Under the pieces are notes generated by a model. It was not told the origin of the DNA, searched no databases, and saw nothing but the letters and a program-made list of their open reading frames with translations. A DNA stretch of 63,522 nucleotides, the filler included, from Hausera hauseri (taxonomy: Eukaryota): assembly GCA_046269625.1 (NCBI GenBank). It is 11 parts of 11 records of this genome, joined end to end, with 100 filler letters (N's around TTAATTAATTAA, not from the genome) between each part and the next. Parts side by side here need not be neighbours in the genome. Positions count along the whole stretch, not along the records: positions 31,522 to 36,781 come from JBJURY010296279.1; positions 36,882 to 42,143 come from JBJURY010295946.1; positions 42,244 to 46,278 come from JBJURY010803976.1; 8 more parts are not named here. The stretch is one strand, 5' to 3'. Positions 34,501-46,378 of this stretch are shown here, one piece after another (positions within the stretch are counted from its first letter, which is position 1; each line of letters opens with the position of its first letter). The position numbers and the translations under genes were made by a program.

Positions 34501-36781
34501 CTGGTTAAAATACATAAAACTTTACTTGGTGGTAGTCCAGTGTTTAAGGGTTTTTTAGGCTCCCCTTCTTCGGGTATCTTTACAAAATTATCCATCTAGA
34601 TATTATTGTTAGGTTCTGTTAAATCGTCATTCCGTTCAGCTTTGCCACTGCCGCACAACGAGTCCCCGTTTTCTTCCATTTTCGAAGATTCTTCGCTGAG
34701 GTAAATACAGGTGTTTTGCTTCTCGAAAGTGTTTAATTGTTGCATCTCTTCCGTTGTATGAATCAATTCCTCCTTTTTCTTACTTAATCGTAATTGACAA
34801 TTACTTATTACGTCCTCTCGTTCCTTTTTGTACATTGCAGCCTTCTGCTGATTATCGTTTAGCAAGCAGAACAATAATCGATAACGTAAGGCATTTATTC
34901 TGCCCGACATTCCCATAACATTTACTTGTTCTAGTTGATAGATTTCTTCCCTGCCTTCCCTGGTTAATAATGTATATATATATCTGTATAGAGAGAGATA
35001 TTCCACAGTATTCGAATTTCTTCTTCTTCTATTTCCTCCATTTCTTGCCTTTTCAATTCATCCTTTATTGCCATCAGTGTATAAGTCAACCAACAGTTGA
35101 CTATAAACGCATTAGACGTTCTTTTATTCACCAGTTCTCCTCCAAAATTTTGGAATAATCCGATACATTTTTCTCCTATTTCTTTGGCTTTTTCGTGAGT
35201 TACATACTTACCACATAATGGAGTCGTTTGTCGTAATAAAGCAAATGTATTGATAGTAGAAATTTGTGGTATTTCTTTTCTAAAATAATGAATAAGAAAA
35301 TTTCGTTCTTGCATACCACCAATAAACAGAGGTTCGTACTTTAGCAGATGGCTTGAACAATTCGATATCGTCCACTGTTCTTCATTATCATTCTCATCGT
35401 AATCAACTGATTTAGATTTACTTAATCTCCAATTAACAGTATGGGCATAACGGATTAGTTCTATCGGAGTAAATATTTGATTAGATAACCATATTAGCTC
35501 ACATATTTCTCTCAAATCTTTTACTAATTTATCGTATTCTATGCAATTGCGTATTGACTGATATTCATAAAGGAACTCCAAGGGTGATTTTTTCAAATAT
35601 TCCGCTCGTTTTTGTGTCGATGTATTAGTGAAGGTGTAATCAGATCCCATTTTATATCATCCGCAGAAACTTGATTTGACATATTGTCCATTCCTTCACC
35701 AACAGTATATGTTCCATTTTCTTTCTCATTATCGGGTGTGTCCTTTAAAGGATTTGAGACTTTTATTACTTTCTCTCGTTTGGAAAAACATTCATCAGAT
35801 TTGTCGTCGTCATTACTAAAGAATTTGCCCATCATCAACAATGAAAGTATCCACAATAATATGGAGGTCCATGAAAAATTAGGGCGATGAGATGTAGCCT
35901 CAACTGCCTCTTCTGTACTAATCGTAGAAAGCAAGCATATTCCCATAAGGAACAACGTTCCCAATGAAAATGTAAAGTAACCTTTGATACCTAATGATTC
36001 GCGCTTTTTATCCTTTTCTTGAAGGTCTTGGATATGCATTGATCTTGTTTCGTTAGCCATTTTGTCCATATATTTAATGCTATTTCCTGCAAATTGTAAT
36101 CGATCTATCTTCATCCATTGTTCAGGAGGAAGATTACTATCTAATGGCTGTCCCATTCTTCTGTTCCAAACTCGTTTAACTTCCTCTACCCCGTTATTGA
36201 GTTTTCTACCTCCTATATTTATATTGTGATGTTTAAAAATTTTTATTGCTCGAGTAGTTGCTACATAATCATGATGTTGCGATCTTCCTTGACTAGCTAA
36301 ATCAGGAATCGTATAATATACTTCTTCACAACTTATCTTTAAGAAAAATTTGTCCAGAGCGGTTAATGCATTAGAATCCAATTTTAGGTCTTCGCAAAAT
36401 AATTTTATTATGGGCTTATATTGTTCATCTGTTATTCCGCACTTTTCGTGGTATTTACTAAGGAAATTTCTTAATTCCGTTACACTATTTATAGGTCCTT
36501 TGAGTAATTGTTGTGCGTGATTTATGCGTTCTGGAGTAGCTAACAGGAAATTCTCCAGCCTGTGTCGATTAGCTGCCTCTCTGGTCAATGGGAGTGGTGG
36601 CAAGTTCCCCCCTTTCTGTTGAGGTAATTCGAAGTAATTCTGTTCAGTTGGTTTGACTTCTTTGCGTTGTATCTGTTTAGTAGGGTCTATTTTCCTTAGC
36701 TTAGTATCGTTATACTCAGGGAATTTTGGACTTTCTTCTGATTGATGTTTTTCAATTTCCTCTCTTAGTCGTTTAATATTT
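31522..36781 (-). pseudogene. Decayed large polyprotein: two hydrophobic helices followed by 3-4 copies of an unrecognised domain
   Basis: Repeated PLFIG..ER, LLRQT.P, CIGL, NCW(L/M)TY.LM.IKD(E/D)L, G.SG..NA.RY..FC motifs; two TM-like stretches in ORF 35593-36603. Confidence 0.75.
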
Positions 36782-36881
36782 NNNNNNNNNNNNNNNNNNN
36801 NNNNNNNNNNNNNNNNNNNNNNNNNTTAATTAATTAANNNNNNNNNNNNNNNNNNNNNNNNNNNNNNNNNNNNNNNNNNNN

Positions 36882-37617
36882 TCTTCTTTGGTTTATTTTC
36901 CAGGCTTATGTGTAAATAGATAATATTGTGATCTGATACATCTGCTGTCCCTATGTAGCACTCATTCACCCTATATCTGTCTGACTTGTTCATCAGGAAA
37001 TAGTCTATTCTAGAATGAACTTTGTGTGTAGCTGAGTAATGTGTGTACTCCTTCTCCGATCTGTGTAGGTCTCTCCAAACATCAAAAATTCCTGTCTCCT
37101 TAATTAAAATATTTAAGTCTTTTGATTTAGAGGATTTCTGTCTTTTGCTTGTTGTATCCATAGAGTAGTTTAAAACTGTGTTCCAATCTCCTGCACAAAT
37201 CAGAATTCCTTCACTTTCAGAAGCAATTTTGTCAAATATTTCTTTAAAGAAACTCCCATCACTTTTCGGTGGTGCATAAATATTTACTAGGGTAATCAAT
37301 CTATTTTCTATCTGGCATTTAATGAGGACATATCTACCCTCTTTATCTCTTTCTTCTTTTTTTAGATCAAAACTCAGAGAACTGGAAATTAATATGGCCA
37401 CTCCCCTTTTACGGCTGTTTTTACATGAACTAGAGAATACGTTAAAGTAACCAAATTTTTTTAATTTGTTATGTTCTTCTTTGGTCATATGTGTTTCCTG
37501 TAGAAATATTATCTGGGTCCAATCTTTTTTCATTTTAGACATAACTCTGCTCCTCTTGACTGGATTTCTCATGCCATTTACATTTACAGATGCAATTCTT
37601 AAGCTATTTGGCCCCAT
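36882..37617 (-). CDS. LINE-1 ORF2, APE endonuclease domain (3' cut by contig end)
   Basis: SVNVNGM, FLQETH, RGVAIL, EGRYV, NIYAPP, GDWN, DVWR, SRIDYFL, SDH. Confidence 0.96.
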
Positions 37618-38016
37618 TACTTACAAAATGATTTTCTACCTAGACGTGGACCCCTTTTAAACCACACATAGATGAACATAACAATGCAAGTGAACATATG
37701 AACAAAGCATGCAAATATTTTAACAAAATAAAAATAAAAAGATAATAAAATAGGAACAAACTGACCTCCAAGGTTAGAGGAGGCTTTTATTTCCTCCTCA
37801 ACAATGACCCCGTTGGTAGGTCGGGGAAAAGGCCTTTCGTTGAGAGAGGGTTCCCCATAGAGAGTGACTGCGGTGTGAAACACCTCTGCCATCCTTATAG
37901 TCCAACGTTAATTATACAAAGGTCAAAAACGCTCTCCCGAGAACATAATGAATTATACTGACCCTCTGTCATGTCCAAATCAAATAAGATAAACCTCTGT
38001 CTATTAAATCCTGGTT

Positions 38017-39007
38017 TTATATTTTCTTACTGTGTCCCCTATGATACTCCTGAAGTTTTTCTCTAGCTCTCTGGGCGGTGGATGGTGCCTTCCCTCTTTG
38101 ATTCACCTGTTGCCATCCCTGTAGTTCCCGGAGCCGTTTTCCTGGATCGCTATCCTCCTCTGTGGGTTCGGGCTCCTCCACCGGGAATCCTCGAGTTTTC
38201 ATGTCCCGTAACACTTCCCGTGCGCTGTCGTAGCTCCGTACTCCGGTGCTCCAGTGGATTCTCATCTTGGTGAAGGGTGTTTGAAAGCGGATATTTTCTT
38301 CCTTTAGCATTTTATTTATCCCTGTGTACTCTTCTTTTTTTAACGATCTCTGCCGGGTAGTCGTGATCAAAATACAAAGTCTTGTTACCCATCTGGATCT
38401 TTGCTTTTTTCCAAGCTTCTTTCAGTACCAACTCCTTAGTGGTAAACTCTTGGAAGTTAATAATAATGAGTCTCGGCTGTTCCTCTGGTCGGGGTTTTGT
38501 GGCTAGAGATCGGTAAGCTCGTTGTATTTTTAGGTCCAGGTCCGGGGGTATAGTTAGCTCTCTTCGCAGAAGTTTTTCAATGAATTGAAATACTGAGTTC
38601 CCCTCTTCTCCCTCCGTTACTCCGAAGATGCGCATGTTGTTTCTTCTGGCTCTGGCCTCCAGATCTATGAGTTTATGCTGTAGAACTTTTTGCTGGTCCA
38701 AGCTGTTACATAGCTCCTCGGTTACCTCCGCTGCCCACCGCTCCACCCGCTCCACTCGTGTCTCCATCTCGCCCACTCGTTCCGACAGAGTTTGTACCTC
38801 TGTTGTCAGGCTGTCGAGTTTAACTTTAATTTCTTGACCAAGTTGGTTAATTTCACTTCTCAGATTCCCATTGTCCCCTTTAATGTCTTCTTTTAGTTCC
38901 TTTACCGCTGTTAATATATCTGCAGGGTCCATGCTAACGTGGGCGCTAGCATGTGTTGCTTCGGCTTTAGCTTTCGTCGAGTTTCCTTTGTCCTGAGGTT
39001 TTGGCAT
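38017..39007 (-). pseudogene. LINE-1 ORF1p (Transposase_22 type), one frameshift near 38330; teleost-like
   Basis: Coiled coil, DLEARARRNNMRIFGVTEGEE, IQRAYRSL, YFDHDYP. Confidence 0.93.
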
Positions 39008-41059
39008 ATTTTGAAAGGTAGATTTTTGATTTTTGATTTCTAAAGAGTCTTTTCCCCCCCGGGCAACTGTCTCTGTGACAGATATTTAGCTGTCGAGGTA
39101 TTTAGGGTGGGTTTGCATATCAATCTGGGAGAGCGATTCTACCTATGTCTGGCTACTCCATAAGTTGAACCGGAAGTCAATCGATCTCAGAAATTTTAAA
39201 TATTATAAAGCCATCTTTTGGTACTTTTTGCAATCTGGGCAGATGCCAAGTTTTACTGGGAAATGAAATCAACATCTTCATAAAGCTTGTCAGCAGAATC
39301 TATGTAATGAAGATATGTAAAATGTACTTTCTGAAATGACTGACAAAAAAAATTCACCCTTTTTACGATATGGGCACAGCTAATGGCCCATGCACCCTTT
39401 CCTGCAGTGTAGGCACTTATGCTTGATGCTTAAGTTGCTGCAGTATTCTCTGAAAGGACATGTGGGAGTACACTTCATAACTTGTAAAATGTTATAAAAA
39501 GGAGGAAAAAAACCTTGACAGAATAACAAACTGAATGGAGAGCAGCGCACACCGCTTGTGCAGTATTAAAAAACAGTGAAACCAAGTGAGAATGGATTGA
39601 TTGCATCAGCGTTGGTGCACCCACTCTCACTTGGGTCAAATATAAACCTAGCTTTACTCTCCCTCTCTTTATTGCCGTCAGATGGTGGCATGAATTTATC
39701 ATAACTCTGGTGAATAGTTTGAAGTCTTTACTTTTGACACAAATTGGTTTGCCACAGTTTTGCACCATGCTGACCTGCTAGCTGGCTGTAAACTGTGTAA
39801 TGAATCGCACGAATGGATGTCTCATTAAGCAGTCAGTATGGTCGCTCGACTGGCGACGGGTCGACGCCCGGTCACGTGGTTGTTGGGCATTCGTTTTCGC
39901 ACAGACCTTTCATAGTTTCCGAGACTCCCCCGCGCCGAGCTCCTGGGAAACCCCTCCCGCTTTAGCATACGTCACTACATGGAGTTTCTCCCTGGCGGAG
40001 GAGTCCAATGCAAACAAAAAAAGTAGACTTGTCATCCAACGTTGTTTATCTACAATTGGGTCCTGGATTATAAGCTTCCATGTTTTTATCAGACAGATTC
40101 CACCATGAAAAACCATCTGTTTTATCCCCTTTTCAGAGTTTTTGGCTGTTTGACTATCTTTTATAAAATCGCTGCTTCCCAGTCTAAAGTCAGCTTTGGA
40201 AGTGAATCGTTTTTTTTTTCTTTTTTTTTTTTTAGAAGCGTGTTTGAAGCAGCGCTTTCAGCACTAGAAAACACTCCCACAAACTTCTGGCCAATCACAC
40301 AGTGCAGTTCGTATGTGTTCTCATGTGGAGGGGGTGAAAAGTTCGACCCGCGGGTTGCGACAAGACGTGCCGATATTTCGACAATGCAAACTGAATGACG
40401 TAATTTTCGTCATGAAACTGCAACATTTCGGCAGTTCGGCTGCAGCATACTGGAGCCTTTACTCTGCATCTCATTGAGATACTCTGTATTTCCTGAACTG
40501 CTTTCCACAGTTTTCCGACAGCTCAAAGAGCAGCTGGAAATGAATCATTTCAGTTATTTTAGCAGACATTAAACCATCAACATGGCTCATGCATCGGAAA
40601 TCCCCGCAGGTTGGATTGGAACTTTCTATCCATGAGTTATGTTGAATCAGAAACTGATACTAATACTGGATCAGACCAGCCCCATCCCTAAAATAAACAT
40701 ACAGTTTTACTGAAGTTGAGAAACCATCTTTTAAAGCTCATACAGCTCTGTAATTAAAAACTTTTACGTATTCACACAAACTGTTCTCATGTGGACAGGG
40801 TCGTAGACTTGTAATAGTCAGGACCAACAGATAAAAATGCTCAATTGAATTAAAAAAGTTATTTATTATGAAATGTCATTGTAATGTTTGATGCTTTCAT
40901 TTAAATTCTGTGTATTTTTGTTTTTATCTGGTTGCAAAGTAATCTTTTTTCTGAAGACAGGTTGAGTTTGATAGACTGAAGGAGAGGAAACTCTTGTATT
41001 ATGGAACAAAAGCTTTGACTTCTGTACTGAAGTTCTCTTGCATTATGTTTTGACTGTAG

Positions 41060-41444
41060 CAGCCTGCTGACACCACTGAAGGTACAGAGAGAATTCCACT
41101 CGGGGTGGTTGTTGGAGCACCAACAAACTCTGCAGGAGAGTCTTCAACTAGTAGCACAGACACCAGGTGACTTTTAACTTGTATTGTAGTGATACTATTC
41201 AATTAGTTTCAGTTCTGTTTATTTTCTGTTTTTTTCTGCTACAACACACAAATAAGAATCCTTATAATTTATTTTTACTCTGTTCTTAGTTATAAACAAT
41301 TTTTCTAATTAGATGAAACCACTAAATCCTTAATGTTTAAACTGTCTCAATGTTTCTTCACAGTGGACAGTCTGCAACAGGGACCCTCTGCCTGTCCTCC
41401 TCGTCAACGCTCTTAGAGATCCTTGAGGCCATCAAACATTCTAC
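41060..41444 (+). CDS. Two possible host exons (41060-41166, 41364-41444)
   Basis: AG/GT boundaries with compatible phase giving an open QPADTTEG...STDTS-GQSATGTLCL...IKHS frame; product not recognised. Confidence 0.3.
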
Positions 41445-42243
41445 GTAAGACTTTTGTTTTGTATATGATATTCCAGCAGCGCTGCATTGAATCAGGAACA
41501 GTACAAATATGTGTGTGTGTTACATGAAAGGCGAATTTTAATCAACCCCTCAACCCCTCAACCCTCAATGTACCGCCAGCGGTACATTCCCAGTTTGTGG
41601 TTACTTCCCGCCTCTTTATAGCCTGACCCACGCAACCAGGAACTTTTAATTTTCAGAATAGGCTGTTCAAACGATTCGATTCGGTGTCTTCTTTCGATTG
41701 ACACCACTTTTGATCCCCTGGGTTCATCTATAAACTCTCCAGAGCCCAAAATGTGTGGCAAGCCCCTCTGTCCCTTTTGTCTGTGGTACATTTGATTGAC
41801 TAGAATCGGCCAATTGGGTCTGAGCTTCATTCTGACACCACAGCTGTGTAGCCAATCATATTACCTTTTATTCAATATGCAGCTTTGGAAATGAGAAAAA
41901 AATGTTGGTTATAATGTATTTTAACTTTAATAACTAAATAGTTACAGTTACAACAATTGTGACTTCTAAAAATTAAAAATTCAGAATACTTTACATCAAG
42001 ACAAGGCTAGTGATTTACTCCAAAGGGGTTAAAAGCTGTAGCTAATTTAATTTGGATTAGCAGGTTAAACATAGCCTGGCCCTCGCCTTCCTACACAGTT
42101 CCGCTCAGTTCTAGTTTCCCTTCACTGCTACGTCTGGGATTTCNNNNNNNNNNNNNNNNNNNNNNNNNNNNNNNNNNNNNNNNNNNNTTAATTAATTAAN
42201 NNNNNNNNNNNNNNNNNNNNNNNNNNNNNNNNNNNNNNNNNNN

Positions 42244-42625
42244 TGTCAGGCGTTCATCTTCATTTGTCCATATCAAAGGTTTATTGTTATTTCTACTGTA
42301 CCAGGGTGCGATTTCCGTTTTTACTATTGTTTTCAACTGATGCAGGAAATCGCGTACACAATTCCATCCGTGGAAAATGTAGTATTGCAGTTGTCCGTCG
42401 GCTTTAATAGGCACAACCAGCATTCCGACGGCGATTGGAACATGTTTTTGGTTATATGTGTTGTGCCGTGGTAATATAGCTTCGATATTGTCATATACTA
42501 CATATGCCGGACTGTCTGTTTTTGACCAATCAATGAACCTGAGTTCCTTTTTGACGGGCATGACATACATTGTGTTGGCACAGGGGTCAAATGTAAACAT
42601 TCAACCTTTGATGCGTGTCAACATA
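42244..42625 (-). pseudogene. Polinton pPolB fragment (exonuclease I region)
   Basis: MP..K.LRF.DW.K..PAYVVYDNIEAIL...QKHVPIAVG...FHGWNCVRDFL. Confidence 0.75.
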
Positions 42626-45578
42626 TAAAGGTCAGCCTCGAGAATACGATTAGGGGCAATTTAGGAAGCTTATTCTCTCAATTCATTATCTATACGTGTC
42701 ATCACCTATTCATACTTCTGATATTCATAACCTCTTCATAATATAAGTTCTAGTTCACTATGTTCGAATTTATCAGCGGCACTTCATTAAATATTAGCCA
42801 TGAGCTAAACAAGAATATGGATTTCATTTTACTTATGTCTATAAATTTTAAATAGAAGCGGGTTTCGAAACAGTAATCAACAGATAGACAACAGAAGTGA
42901 TGAGTCTATTTACATCTTGAAATAATCATATAAAATATACGGATGGCTCAAGTATGAATTAGTGTGGATAGCAAAATAAATACAAGTATTAATATATCAA
43001 AATACAGGTATTTATATAAATAAAAGTCGAAAACTTTTATTCGAGTTCGAATTATCTAACAAAATCAATCAAATAAAATCGGCCATTCGAATTGACTGTA
43101 ATTCCTTGCATACTCATAAGCTACATAAATTCATAAATATTAAATTTAAGTAATTCGGGATTCGTATAAATTGAGAGTTCAATAATAATATACAAAATAA
43201 CAATCGAAATATGAAGCTATACAAGACATCGTCGTCTTAGATTCCCATTAATCCAGTCATTCAGTCCCAAACCGGCGTCCTCTAGATAGTTTTACAATTA
43301 AATTCAACTGGTATACTAATTATACTCAATATAAATATATAATGAATTCCCATCGGACACCAGACTGAAATACAGAGTTGACGCTTTCATGTAGATCATA
43401 ATGATGTAATAGTATTAGTTTGTCACGTTTCTCTTTATCGTCAAATTTTAACTCATCGCAATTATGTCCTGTTAACCAATTGATAATTCTTCTAGTTTCT
43501 CCGACAATCGTTCATACCACATAGCATGCATCAATAGACTAAATACTTGAAATAATCTCAACCAAATTTTATATGGCAATTAGTAACATATTATTCCCGA
43601 TGATATTAAATCGACTGAATCTAGAATATACTTCACATATATATATCCACCCAGATTTGGCAATCTATCTATGGGACCGAAGTACGATAATTCTGCTCTA
43701 TATATCTCAAGCATCAATATATAATCTCTGGTGAAAATGGACACTCATATAACTACCTTCGGTGGAAGGTCTATTTATTCAAGGTCTCGTCATCTTCCTT
43801 AATTTTTACTGCCGTTTCAGTTATCTTCTTTTCAACTTTTATGTTGTCTCTGATATCCCCATTTCATAGATATATAAATTGCTACGTTCATCTCGTCAAA
43901 TAATTCCTAATATCTACAATCAATATCATCGATCATATGCTCCACTCCTAAGCTCCCAACCATCCCCTTTTCGATCTTTTACCTATCTAAACAGTGATGA
44001 CCCTATACTTTAATTTATAAATTCTATATTCTCGTTCCTTTAAATAATAGATTAATTCAACCATTTCTATATATCAATGTTGATCTGTATCGTCTGTTCC
44101 GTAACATTTCCCACGCAAGTATTCACTCATTCTTTCCCAAAATCAACAGTTTATTCATCGTATTTATAATTTATAAGACTTTATTACAAAAATACTACAT
44201 AGACAAAATGGGATTGAGCAACTAAGGAGGTCGATTAAATGATACGGTGCTTAGAAGTATTTATATAATTACCGTTTATAACTTTCATTTGAAATCTTCC
44301 ACCATCATCAGTCACGCTATCAGCATTAGCCTGCATTCCAGTAATCACGGTCATTCCAACACTTGGTACTTCTTCATCGGAAGAGGTGATATTCGTAGAC
44401 GGATCAGAATTCAAAGTTGAAATTTTCGTAGATCTTTCAATGATAACACTATTCATAACCAAATAATGATAATAAGACACTAAAATACAACATTCTCACC
44501 AGTAAAAACAGTCTAGTTGAAGTACTTGGAAATCGTACTTGGATTACTAAGACAAGATAAAGAAATTCTCAATTTTGGTTGGTTTAGTTTGTTTTCGGTC
44601 CGTTTATATAGCCTCCAAAATGTAAATTTAATTTTTTTAACTCTGTCATACGATTCGTTTTGATATTTAAATTTGATTCTTCAATTTGCGTCGATCGTAT
44701 TTTTCAATTCAGTTACTACCCATGTCGATTTAGTTACTACCTATGTCTTTCGTGTTGTTTTGATTTTCAATTCGTGTTGAACGTATTTGTTAATTCAGTT
44801 ACTACCCATGTCTTTCGTGCTGAATTATAAGTTTGTGTTTGGAAAAACAAAATTCGATTTCCATAATTTAGTCTGTTACTAAGTGATTTATTTACCCTTT
44901 TTACTTTTGAAAATTCGATTTTTATATTTCCTTATTTACTTTTACAAGTTCGTTTTATATTTTCTCAACCGCAATCAATCAACCGACCATCACTCAGCCG
45001 CTCCCTAGTGGGTTCACAATAGAATTTAGAAGAACAGAGACAGTAATGTATACCCATCAGTGGGTTTGACAAGATAAAGAATTAAAGAAAAGAAAAATAT
45101 ATTTGACATTAAAGTATTTACAAAATTAATGAAATCACCAATACCATACAGTAAAGTATTTGCAAATATTAAAGTTAACAATGTTATTTTTCAGTTACAT
45201 GTTATTGTATTACACTGAAATTGAAATATGAATTCGTAGACTGGTAAAATTGATAAAGTTGGTATTAGTATGTTAAGGCACCCTTAACAGTACCCAAAGG
45301 AAAATTCTAGAGACTTAAGCTCAAAAATTTGTTCAGTTTTGTTGAATACTGCCTGTTTATATAGTTTCAATAATCTAAATTTAGTTACGAAATCGGGTGA
45401 GAGAATTTTCTCTCGGTAAACCCGAAGACCTATTTTTAGCAGTTCATGACAGTCTACAACAATTTATTTTTAGTATCAGAATCGGGTGAGAGTATTTTCT
45501 CTCTATAAGCCCGATGATTTAATTTTAGACTGCTAATTAATCAGCAGCGATCTACAATTCTACAACACTCCCCAACCC
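42626..45578 (-). mobile_element. PPT and long (~2.9 kb?) 3' LTR-like region; LTR start at 45567, end tentatively ...TTGACA at 42626
   Basis: GGGTTGGGGAG|TGTTGTAG; TATATAA at ~44604-44610; short tandem repeats upstream of TATA; end coordinate tentative. Confidence 0.55.
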
Positions 45579-45879
45579 TTAAAACGAAACTTACTAAAAG
45601 AATGAAAAATACCGACTAAATAAGTAATATTTACACTAAGAAAATAATCTGATTAAATAAGCATTTCTGAATACAATACAAACAAATAAAGGAAATACAT
45701 AAAATGAAATGTACAATAAAAGAAAGGCAAATAGTGAATGTTAAACACAAAGAAAGAATAATAAATATACAATATACATAAGGTGTATAGAGAAAGTCAA
45801 ATCAATGTTAAGTCAGTTATAATGTTAATGTCAGCAATTTTCTGTACTGGGATTATTTCAAATTGAACTAGTTTTGAAT

Positions 45880-46278
45880 TCATCCATCGAGATCCACACT
45901 CTCTTGATTGATTCTGGTATTAATTACATCGTTTTCATCTGGTTTGTATCCTGCTCGAATACGTTCAATTGGTATTAAAGTAGGTTGTGATTGTTTTATC
46001 AGCAGAAGGTATTTCAAATGTCCGTTATAGAAAGTTTCAGTTACTGCATGAATACTATTTGGCGTAACAGGTTTAACTTTTAGTTTTGTACTAAACTGTA
46101 CTCCGTACTTTACGGGTAGTTTTAGTACAACGGTCGGACTTTGATAAGGTACCAAAAAATATTGATTATCAGGTCTCTGATATATTCCTCCAATTAATAT
46201 ATTCCTAATCGAATTCCATTTTGATAACTTTCTGCAGGAAATAGTTTTGCTCAAATAATATGGTCTTTCTATTTGGTG
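45880..46278 (-). CDS. C-terminal domain homologous to the end of the 29140-31421 protein (partial)
   Basis: LIG.IYQRP.N.YF..PY.SP..VL.LP..YG...TKL...TETF.NGH.KYLLL.KQ.QP.LIPIER...VDLD shared by both. Confidence 0.9.
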   Translation of the reverse strand, partial: HQIERPYYLSKTISCRKLSKWNSIRNILIGGIYQRPDNQYFLVPYQSPTVVLKLPVKYGVQFSTKLKVKPVTPNSIHAVTETFYNGHLKYLLLIKQSQPTLIPIERIRAGYKPDENDVINTRINQESVDLDG

Positions 46279-46378
46279 NNNNNNNNNNNNNNNNNNNNNN
46301 NNNNNNNNNNNNNNNNNNNNNNTTAATTAATTAANNNNNNNNNNNNNNNNNNNNNNNNNNNNNNNNNNNNNNNNNNNN

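Larger units (their letters stand above)
36882..39178 (-). mobile_element. L1 element 5' portion; probable 5' start GACTTCCGG at 39178
   Basis: 5'UTR-ORF1-spacer-ORF2 order; GACTTCCGG start is typical of fish L1. Confidence 0.8.

Noticed and set aside
39475-40400. Short ORFs in contig 7
   Set aside because: No motifs; they look like non-coding vertebrate DNA with non-autonomous transposon remnants
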